From Wallemia ichthyophaga EXF-994 (taxonomy: Eukaryota; Fungi; Basidiomycota): a stretch of DNA of 32,000 bases. A model generated the notes under the pieces. It made no database searches and was not told where the DNA came from. It worked only from the letters and a program-made list of their open reading frames with translations. Each line of letters opens with the position of its first letter. Position 1 is the stretch's first letter. The position numbers and the translations under genes are program-made. Where the stretch lies: NCBI RefSeq assembly GCF_000400465.1, contig NW_008806284.1, positions 30,001 to 62,000 on the forward strand, given 5' to 3'. Of this stretch, positions 11,011 to 20,809 are shown in pieces.

Positions 11011-12230
11011 TTATCTTCCTTTACCTCCTGACACACGTTTCTGGAACACGCCATGTCTCATAATTTCATCCTTCCGTTGGAAAGTTGCATAAATTGCTTG
11101 AATTGCTTGAATTGAAACAAGAATCTGTTTCCTTATCGAGATTGCTAAAACTAAGATGAAAGATGACCAAGCCACATTCGGATGGAAGTACGTCCATTGA
11201 CCAGTAGCGCACACTCTCTACAAGCCCCGACATTAGTCAAGAAACATTATCTGTAATTCTGCACCTCTTTAAAATCTTTGCACTTTAAGAAGTTTTGATG
11301 GACGCAGTTTAAATGTCTTAACATTAAATTCAGATTTCATCAACACATTCGTTTACAAGATAGTTTACATCGTTTATCTACATGACTAAGCTACATCGTC
11401 ATATCGATAATACGACTAAATAAGTATTTTGTTTGCTTTGGTGGGCGGCTCGAGAAACGGTAGTTGCAGTAATCAATGCTCTTACCCCACAACTCTTCCT
11501 TGCTAGAACCAATTGACTGAAACTTTTCCACCATTTGAGGGTAGTTGTATGCTGGAGATCCTATTACAACTAGCCCACCCAGCTCCAGCGTGACTTGTTG
11601 TGAGTGTACTTCATAATCTCTTAACGGTTTTCGTGAAAGCTTGATGATCTCGAGAGCATCATTTAAGAATTTTATAGCATTCAGGAAGAGGAATCTCATG
11701 GACAGATAACGACCTGGATGCAGTTGCTGTGTGAAACAAACAGTCACGCCAATAGTATTCTAAATGGTTTGTTAATTGCTTTTGAAGGATGCTATGCGAA
11801 TCACTTTTAACGAATCAGGACCGTCAACCTGTGGACGGATAACATCGTTTATGTACGCGTCTGTATCAAAGCTAACAGACTTCTCGTATGCATCCAGGCC
11901 AACGTCAAGTCTCATTTCATGCATTTTAATCTCATCGCTCACACGCGCGTGCACCGCTGAAATTTTTGACAGTACTCCATGTCACTGCTGTTGCTATTGG
12001 GCTACTACTATTTAAGATATTCTCTATCCTTATTGTCAACGATGTTTGATTTAAACCTTGTCAGAACCTTTATCGATATCAGAATTACACACCTCTTGAG
12101 AGCATGCAGTCGACTAGCGAATCTCACAAAGGCTCTAACAACCTCCAATGCCTCTCGAGGAGCGGCTTTAGACTATTTTAGAGGTTTGTCTTTATAAATT
12201 CTGTTTTCAAATAGTTTCATTTTGTGGCTC
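11011..12230 (-). pseudogene. Putative orphan gene or pseudogene: several same-strand exon-like ORF fragments that cannot be joined without stops or frameshifts
   Basis: Fragments ...KAAPREALEVVRAFVRFASRLHALKR, ...DEIKMHEMRLDVGLDAYEK..., ...RFLFLNAIKFLNDALEIIKL..., and a terminal exon after a CTAAT...TTGTAG acceptor near 11218. No family recognised. Confidence 0.3.
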
Positions 12231-12889
12231 TGGACAACATTGTGAAACATTGAACAACTTTTAAACAGTGCACAAAATGGATCTCATGTCAGATAATAAT
12301 AAAAAACAATGTGAAACTACGGCCTATATTGTATTTACTTAGGCATTTTAATTTACATAATTACACCTCAAACGTATGAACGACATTCAGCACGCTCAAA
12401 TGAAATCAAAGCCGATGATGAATTGTGCTACAGGTGAATCAGCGAAAGCTGTAAAAACAATTCATTAGTCACGTGTTGTCGAATATATGTCATTCTTTCG
12501 CTCACTCATTGAACTGCTTGTGTACACGCAATCAGAGTGTGCGAATGCAGCGCCCTGTAGAAAAGAAAGTTCCACGTGTTTCTAACATGAATTTCTTTTG
12601 CTAGATGAGAGAGAAAGTGAAATGGTAGGTCTTCTTAGTTACAGCTCACACTTAGCTCTGTGAACGCTACGAAACAGAAAGCAAAACACGCGTCTGGAAA
12701 CTTAGCGTACTCCGGTGATTAAAAATTTAAAATTTGAAGCTTGGCGCTTTGTAATTTGACAGCAGAGGATGTTAACAGTACAATGGCGGCCTAGTGGCGG
12801 ACAATAAATCGGACTCCAAGTGGAGGTGAGTCCTAGATGATCGGTAATCCGACTACTTCAACTTCTGGCGCAGGCTAGTAATTAAATAG

Positions 12890-13150
12890 AAAAATCTGTA
12901 CCCAAAACATACACAAGCTCTTGTATATCTGTTGATAGAAGCCTGCGTAAACACCTTTGGCTAACGAAATGCTTGTTGATTAGGTCTCACAATTTAAGCA
13001 GGATAGTCAGCAAGAGATGTTTCAGAACCGCTGGCTGAAACACCTGCATGAAGGCTTTACACAAGCGAGGAATGTGTCCTGCTGGCCAAGAAGGCATCCA
13101 GGAAACCTGGATCTGCTATATACAGAATTTGTAATCGTGACGTTAAGACG
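12890..13150 (+). other. Exon-like pair joined by a canonical 37-nt intron (12947-12983), possibly part of an orphan gene
   Basis: GTAAAC...GGCTAAC...TAG intron joins KNLYPKHTQALVYLLIEAC to VSQFKQDSQQEMFQNRWLKHLHEGFTQARN... in frame. Start and end were not found. Confidence 0.25.
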
Positions 13151-13432
13151 TGCATAAAGGTAGCATGTACAGTCTACAGCGTGACACGTCCACTTTACTT
13201 ATACAGACCAGCTCAGCATGAGTCCCTTGCCCATTACATCGCTACGTATCAAGTTTTCATCAAACATTTTTCTTGTTATCCACAGTATCTCTAACAGCTG
13301 GGTAAATATGCTCTTTCCTTTCTTATCTCACTGCAAAAGATTTGGTATACGTTCTCGACCAGGTATATTATGTTTTGAATGTTACAAGAAAAATTTACGA
13401 TCGCCATCGTCGATATTTCCAACAATCAGCAC

Positions 13433-15258
13433 TCAACACTCAGACACAGATACCGGTATCTTCACCGACGTGGCCAGACCGGCGAGAGAAGTCTCCTTGA
13501 GCTGCGTACTCATCAGCGCGGCCGTCTCACGCATAGCATTGATGGCCATATCAAACGAGACAACGTGTTCGCCGTTGGTGGAGAGAGCTAGCTGAGCGGC
13601 ACTGATAGACTTGACGGCGCCGAGGTAGTTGCGCTCAATGCATGGCACCTGCACGAGACCGTGAGGAATATCGCCTGTGATGAGAGTTAAGAGTGAGCAA
13701 AATAAGACATTCACAAATTCCCTTTAAACTCACAAGTAAGGCCTAAGAAATGCTCTATTCCACACTCAGCCGCCTGGAGTATCTCCTTGGTGCTGCCTCC
13801 ATTGAGCGCCGCGAATCCTGCCGCCGCCATAGACGTAGCACTTCCGACCTCCCCCATGCACCCTGCCTCTGCGGCACTGATTGAAGCACCACGACGTATG
13901 AGCATGGCTATTGCTGCGCTGGTGAGGAGGAACTGTTGCATGTCGGTGTGTGCATCGTGGGATAGGAACTCCAGATAATATTTCAATACCGCCGGTATCA
14001 CACCAGCACTGCCCATAGTGGGGGATGTTACCAGTCGCGCCCCACATGCATTAGCCTCCATCACCGCTATCGAGTAACACATGAGGAAATCTATGGTTTT
14101 CACTTCGTTGTTCCGACGCGGCGGGATAGGGGGTAGGGGATGGGAAATGTTGCCGTGAATCTGTGGAGTGTTTTGCGCGTCTTGGCTGCTTCGCCTATAT
14201 AGCCCGCTCTGTAGCCTACTGTACAACATCTTCCCGCGCTTCTTCACCTTCATTGGGCCGGGCAAATACTCCTCGTTGGCGGATATCCCATTGAGGATGC
14301 TGTCGTCCATTGCGTGCCAGATAGTCGTTAGCTTTGCGTCAATCTCCTCGGGCGTGTACCACGTCAGCTCGTTGTTGTAGACTATCTGCGCAATGGTGAG
14401 GTTGTGCGTTGCGCACAGCTGGAGCAGTTCGTCACCCGTGTGGAAAGGGAAGGGGACTTCTTTGGGTGTGCCTGATGCGCTCGCACCATCCCCGCCCTCC
14501 TCTACCACCTGCACCTCGCGTCTCGACCTATCCACCTCATCCTTCTTGATCGCCTTGTAGAAGACATTCTCCGTGATCTCGGTGTTGTCGTGCACGACGA
14601 ACCCGCCGCCGATCGAGTAGAAGGTGTTAGTGGCGAGCAGATCACCCGACTCAGCGAAAACGCTAATCTGCATCGCGTTCGGATGGCGTGGGAGTGCCTC
14701 GTCCATCCGCCAGTTGATGTCCTTGTGTATATCGAAGGTGACCTTCTTTGTCTGAGAGTTCTCACTGCGCAGCTCAATCGCGCGCTCCTTCTCCACCTTC
14801 TCGAACTTGCCAGGAAGCGTGTTTACATCCATACTCATATCCTCTGGATCGAATCCCTGAAGCCCCCAGCAAATTGCCTTGTCGGTCATGTGCCCACCGC
14901 CAGTCAGGGCTAGCGAGCCATACAGCGTTATTTTCAGCGAGTGCACCTTAGATAGCACCCCGGAATCAGTTAAATCGTTCACGAATATACGCGCTGCGCG
15001 TAACGGTCCGCATGTGTGCGAGCTTGATGGTCCAATCCCAATTGAGAAGAGATCGAAAGTCGATATGACGGCGTGTTCTGTTTTGGGCGTGGTGGTTTGT
15101 GAGTCTGGTGGGTTGGTTGAGGTAGTTGTGCTGTCCGCAACGTCTGCCAGCCACCTCACACGCTGTGAAGCTACTGAAGAACGCAGTGGTTGTGCGCGTG
15201 GGCCCGGGATTTTCAGCATCCTTCCAGCCGCTAAGCTCCTTCTCATCAAAGTCATCAT
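13433..15258 (-). CDS. sdaA: Iron-sulfur-dependent L-serine dehydratase (single-chain SdaA/SdaB type) with a likely mitochondrial presequence; intron 13675-13733
   Basis: [68 protein letters not shown] and, after splicing, LGLTC|[15 protein letters not shown], supplying the three cluster Cys. The N-terminus is Arg-rich and lacks acidic residues. Confidence 0.93.
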
Positions 15259-15437
15259 AGTTTTTATTCAAATCAACGCCCGCATTTTTTGCTCTAATCT
15301 CACTTTGCAATTCACCTGATAAGCATATCGCGCTAGCCCGCTATAGGCGAGTGGATACAGAAATAGAAATAACATCTCGAGCGACATGTACCATGCATTG
15401 AAATCTACCAAGTATTTAACTACTTTTACAAATAAAC

Positions 15438-16125
15438 TTACTTGGCAGAGATAATACCTGAGGAAAATTTGTCAGCTAGAGTGAAAAACTTCAAACAACC
15501 CAAACACACCATCAAAACGTTGCTTGAACCAAGCTTGAGCTTCCTCCTTCTTGACCTTGTGCTGGAAGCCAATCTTGTTGTTGCGAGACTTACGCTTAGC
15601 AACGCGGTAACCAGGGCGGGAGATGACGACGTAGAAGTCAGCACCGAAGATACCAATACCTGGGTCATACTTGATACCCAAATCGATGTGCTCGTCGACA
15701 CCGAAACCAAAGTTACCAGTTTCACTAAAGTTACCCTTCTTAAGCTCGTACTCCTTAACCTTAAGGCCACGCTCTAAGATTTCCTCAGCCTTTGGACCTC
15801 TAACGGTAACGTGGCAAGCGATCTTTTCGTTACGACGGATACCGAAGGTACGGACGGTGTAGCGTGCCTTTGAGGTGACTGGAGTTTGACCAGTGAGTTG
15901 CTCAAGGACCTTTGCTGCACGAGTGAGTCTGTCACCGGATTCACCAACGGAAATGTCTGCGAGTGCGCGTTAGCTGTGAGCGGTGTACGATAACGATTAT
16001 TTACTGATGACGAGCTTTTCAACGCGAAGCTCCTTCATTTGGTTGCTTGGTGCAGTTGACTCGGCCTGTTTGGATTATATTTGTCAGTCTACAGTTTTAT
16101 ACTGCGTTTCACTCCAATTCACCAT
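15438..16125 (-). CDS. RPL11: 60S ribosomal protein L11 (uL5); exons 16125-16123 (ATG only), 16065-16005, 15956-15510, 15457-15438
   Basis: [11 protein letters not shown]|[66 protein letters not shown]. Confidence 0.97.
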
Positions 16126-16423
16126 TTCGATTTTTAACGTCGCTGAGCTCGAGTTGCGATAGACGAAATTCTCAAGCAAACGAGCTGAAAAAATTACAAA
16201 TCTTATTTATCACTGGGGGTATAATATTCGGGGTGATAGATGGTCTATTAATGCGTGTATACCTTTCATTTCCCCCTTTCTCCAATTTTCAACGACTCGT
16301 AAAGTCTTCTCGACAGCCATTTCATCCGATTTGAACAGAACCTGTATTATAAATTACATTCATGTATTGTACAATTCATTGTCTTTGCAATCCCCCGCTG
16401 GTCTTATCCACAACCCAGGCTGC

Positions 16424-16940
16424 TCACTCACCCTCGCTCCCCCTCGAGGTTGACGGAATGAGGGAGAAGTTAGGCGCTGTGAGTCTATGCCTTGGTGGGG
16501 GCATTCTAGGACCATATGACTCTGGCAGCGGCGGCAGCGGACGCGAGTTAAGTGTCTGCGAGAGTTCAAGGAGGTACTATCAAATAAGTCAATCTCAACA
16601 CTCAAGTCGAAAACAACGTCCACTCACTTCCTTAGGTGGCGCGAGAGAGAATTGGTGGTTTGATTTCACAGATATCGCCATCTCAACATCACCAAGCTCA
16701 ACACCGCCATGACCATTCCTGCCGGCGTACTCTGCATAAACTAGCGAATCTGATAATATCTCGTGCGTGTACCCTATAATATGTTAGAGTTTCCTGTGGT
16801 ATTCGACTCGACCTCCACCCACTGTTGGAGAAGTCAAGCAACATATGGATCGTTGCTGGTGGTGCATCGTTTATCCCCTTGGATGCGAGCATAAGCGATA
16901 TCAGATGCGCTGTTCTTGGTGTTGGCTTGTTGTCCGCCAT
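16424..16940 (-). CDS. TAF9: TFIID/SAGA subunit Taf9 (histone fold); two introns
   Basis: PRTAHLISLMLASKGI..MLLDFSN|RYTHEILSDSLVYAEYAGR..LAPPKE|YLLELSQTLNSRPLPPLPESYGPRMPPPRHRLTAPNF. The exact C-terminus is uncertain because another intron is possible. Confidence 0.88.
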
Positions 16941-17896
16941 TGGTGATGGTTTTGGAGAGGGATGACAAGGTCGTTAGTGAGCACTAGGAGAATCGCATTG
17001 CTTTCTCAAGAGTATTGCTATTATAATCATTCAACTTAAAAGCTACACCTGGTATTTAGCAGCTAGACACAAGATGCAATGGCAACTCATGCCTGAATGG
17101 CATAAACCCTACCTTGCCTGATGGATTTTACCGTGTGAGCATCCAGACAGTGGCTCTACCAACAGTAATCATTCTCGAAATTGTATAACTACGTAATCCC
17201 CGCTCTATCCATCGGCACACAACTTAGGAGGCTTTACTTGATCAAAGGTTTGCGCTACAGACATTACATCCGCGATTTACAATAGTTACTTTGTCAAAAA
17301 TTCGATTCACAAGTATAAATCCACTCGTCGCGATTTTTCTGTTGGTTTATGGTTAGTTGGGAGATTGAGTAGAGTGAATGTCGAAAACTGTCGAATCAAT
17401 CACAATATCGATTCTCATATCGAGTATAGTGACCTTTTATCCAACAACGCATCAATTCTCAGTTGTCTCAAATTTGCACATGTTTCTATTTCGTACGGAG
17501 TGGGCAGTATGAAAAGTCGCATAAATGAAATTTCCGCGTGTTTATACATCACTGTTCATATCTGTGAAGGCAAAATCATTCATGTTTACCGGTGAAAATC
17601 CGAGTTCGACACAACAACTCTTGTGAGTCTCCGAAACACATTGGGATTGTTGAGCTCGCTGTTGCAGCTTTGAAGCATGGAAAAGGGGCTAATCTCAACT
17701 CGCTCAAGACTGTAGGAGTTAGCCCTATAAATCATAAGAGCCCATGTAAACTAAATCAACTTGTATTTCTCAAAATAACATGGAGACATTGCTTGCAAGC
17801 TTTTCAAGAAATCAAATCTCATGACTTCAATGAAAGTTGTAAATTGCAGTAGATGACAAACAAAATATTTTCAAGCTGTTTACTCGAAATTAACAG

Positions 17897-18034
17897 AGAT
17901 GTTCATTACACACCGATGATGTCTTGATTTCAACTCGCAAAGCAGCTAATATTCTCAAGTTACTCCACAAAAGGAACGCCAAGTGGGGGAAGACATCATC
18001 GGAGGAGCAAAGATATCACACAAATAGCATCTGA
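17897..18034 (+). other. Candidate terminal exon of an unrecognised gene in an AT-rich region
   Basis: TTAACAG acceptor followed by 45 open codons RCSLHTDDVLISTRKAANILKLLHKRNAKWGKTSSEEQRYHTNSI*. Upstream exons were not resolved. Confidence 0.2.
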
Positions 18035-18104
18035 CGTGTGCTGTCTACATATAACGTATAGTATTTTGTATTTATGAAAATTGGTTTCTTACACTCAAAC
18101 GGTG

Positions 18105-18906
18105 ATGATGCTCTGGAGATGTTGTTGGCGGCGGAGGAAAGACAGCAATGATATAAACAACTCCGAGCAGGATGAGCGTACGCGGTTGCTGGACAATGAA
18201 GGAGGTGGTACTAGTGGTGGTGGATCTACGTGAGTTCACAAACCGCTAACACACACCCACTCACCCTTAGTAAATCAGTTACAGCCCAGCGCTACCACCA
18301 GCCACACCAAGCTACAGTCGAAGCCACAGCCATGCTCCCGACTCACAAACCACTGAGAACGACAAGGACACAGCGTCGCTTAACGATATAGTCAGCAAGG
18401 CTTCAGAACAAATGGTCAACATCACAAACTCCAATTCCTCTCTTAAAGCTGCAACGAGCATCCATAGCCTCAGGGATCTTAATTGCCTGTCTAACTGGCT
18501 GCAAGGTGATCCAATCAAGCTGGATAAGGCAACAGACCGCGAACAGGAGCTCATCAAAGATACAGCTTCTGGTCTAGCTGAAGTGTTTGAAAATGCGTTC
18601 GATTTCTCGCTCTCACAGTCAAATAGCGAGGCTAGCTCGAGGAGAGGGAGCATGAAGAGTGAGGGGATTGACGATAAGGGTGGTATTGGTAGTGGTAGCA
18701 AGAGCAACAGCAGGCCTAATAGCATTAACAACAACACCACCACTAACACTACCATCAACTCCTCTGAACAGCACGGTTTGTCATTCAATCAACGCCGTTT
18801 ATCGTTAGATGAACAATCAATGCATGAAGAGTTTGAGAATACACCAAGACAGACACTATCATCAACGCCACGCAATACACACAATACACGCGACAACGTT
18901 TCTTAG
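18105..18906 (+). CDS. LAMTOR1/Meh1(Ego1)-like vacuolar membrane adaptor; intron 18230-18284
   Basis: N-terminal MMLWRCCWRRRK (palmitoylation-type Cys pair), acidic dileucine DERTRLL, and helix LNDIVSKASEQMVNI characteristic of the LAMTOR1 family. Confidence 0.6.
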
Positions 18907-18909
18907 TTT

Positions 18910-19858
18910 TTACTCCGTCAACATTCTATACCCCTCGTAATACTTGTCGGCGGTTTTATTGACAATATCTTCCGGTATAACTGGTCCGACTGGGCTGTTC
19001 TTGTCGAAACCAACAGATTTCAACCAGTCACGTACATATTGCTTGTCGAATGAGTCAACACCCTTACCAACTTGGTAACCCGCCACTGGCCAGAAGCGTG
19101 AGCTGTCTGGGGTGAGAATCTCGTCAACGACGAGTAGGTTACCCTGTGCGTCCACACCGAATTCCAACTTGGTGTCTGCCAAGATGATTCCCTTGGTTGA
19201 GGCATACTCAGACGCCGACAAGTATATCTTGATAGCAGCCTCCTCGATTCTTTTAGCGAGTGGTTGTGGAATTAGCTTTCGGTACTCTTCTAGTGAGATA
19301 TTCTCGTCGTGATCGCCTTGATCTGCCTTTGTGGAGGGAGTGAAGAGAGGGTGGTCGAATTTTTCACTTTCTTGCATACCAGATTTAACAGGAGCGCCAT
19401 TGACAGTGCCAGATTTCTTATACTCGCTCCACGCTGAACCAGTAATGTAACCTCTGACGATGGCTTCGATTTTGACAATATCGCACTTCTTTACCTGCAG
19501 AGTGCGATCTTTAAGGGAGTCTATGGCGCTTGCAGGGAGGCCCATTTTCTCTACATTCTTCTCTAGCAAGTGATGGCCGACGTGGGTGCCGTCGCTGAGA
19601 ATAATCGGGAAAAGCTTATCGAACCAGAAAGTGGAAAGTTGAGTGAGCAGCCTGCCCTTATTTGGGATGCCCTGGGTGAGTTAGCAGGCGCACAGCCATA
19701 CACACACTACTCACACTCGACAAGATAACGTCAAATGCAGAAATCCTATCCGTAGCGACGAAGAGGAGTGTGTCATTGTAGTCGTAAAGATCCCGCACTT
19801 TCCCAGTTGAAATCTTTTTAAACTCTTTTAAATCGGTGGATGTAATCGGCGCTTCCAT
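18910..19858 (-). CDS. ADE1: SAICAR synthetase; intron 19672-19714
   Basis: [27 protein letters not shown]; [14 protein letters not shown]; PLFTPSTKA; [12 protein letters not shown]; [12 protein letters not shown]; [10 protein letters not shown]. Confidence 0.97.
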
Positions 19859-19896
19859 TGGTGGTCTTGTTGAAACAACCAACACAACTCATCGTA

Positions 19897-20583
19897 ATGG
19901 GGGAATATGAATATTTTGGATTCGATTTGAGTTTCTTATCGAGTATTTTGGGTGTGTTTATCATCGTCGGCAGCAGCTTAATCAAGCTACCACAGCTGTA
20001 CACGCTTTATCGCACTGGATCGAGTAATGGACTCAGTTTGAGTGCCTTCTCATTAGAAGCAGTGGCGTACTTTATAAACTACGTCTACGGATACTCTCAT
20101 TCATACCCATTCACGACATACGGCGAGAATCTCACACTGACATTCCAAAACATAGCCATTATAGGGTGTATAATGCGAAGAAAGGTGTATACTGTAATAT
20201 TCGCAGCAATCACTTTCTCATTCCTACTCACCCCGAAACCGCTAATCGACATGACATTCCAACTGTCGATTCCACTCAGTCTGGCGAGCAAACTACCACA
20301 AATACACGCCAACCACCGCAACGCTTCGACTGGATCGCTCTCTCCTATCACTACACTCGCTCAGCTCGGCGGGTGCTGCGTGCGCGTCTTGACCAGTGTG
20401 CATAATGCCGGCGACATACCCATGACTATCTCCTTCGCTGGAGCTGCCCTCTTAAATGGCATCCTCCTCGCTCAAATTGTCCTGTACGCGCGCAATCGCA
20501 GTGTTTACTTACCATCACATACCGCGCAAATTTTACACCCCTCCAATACCAACGAAAAGAGTGGGAAGAGCAGACGTGATTAG
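19897..20583 (+). CDS. PQ-loop membrane protein, MPDU1/Lec35-like
   Basis: Two PQ motifs (GSSLIKLPQL..SSNGLS; LASKLPQIHAN..STGSLS) and multiple hydrophobic helices; intronless ORF. Confidence 0.82.
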   Translation: MGEYEYFGFDLSFLSSILGVFIIVGSSLIKLPQLYTLYRTGSSNGLSLSAFSLEAVAYFINYVYGYSHSYPFTTYGENLTLTFQNIAIIGCIMRRKVYTVIFAAITFSFLLTPKPLIDMTFQLSIPLSLASKLPQIHANHRNASTGSLSPITTLAQLGGCCVRVLTSVHNAGDIPMTISFAGAALLNGILLAQIVLYARNRSVYLPSHTAQILHPSNTNEKSGKSRRD

Positions 20584-20809
20584 AAGGCTGTTTGTAAAGG
20601 TATAAAATTCGCATTGCATAATACACTACGACAAAAGGAAAAAGCATCAAACAACTCAAATAAGCAATCCAACGTATTCAAGTTACAATATAGAAATTTC
20701 ATCCAAATTAGTGTGTGTGTGACTTTGTATATAAATGCGTAGTATGTACTATCTATAATCAGGAAGAAAGGTGAGCAAAAAGAGTGAAAGTATCTATCCT
20801 CAGACGCCA

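Noticed and set aside
12468-12475. GTCACGTG matching the CDEI point-centromere element next to AT-rich DNA
   Set aside because: There is no CDEII/CDEIII arrangement, and point centromeres are a Saccharomycetaceae feature; a bHLH site is more likely.
10950-13430. Possible transposon remnant
   Set aside because: No terminal inverted repeats, LTRs, target-site duplication, or transposase/RT motifs are visible.
17604-17612. B-box-like GTTCGACAC suggesting a tRNA or Pol III gene
   Set aside because: No A box at suitable spacing, no cloverleaf arms, and no oligo-T terminator.
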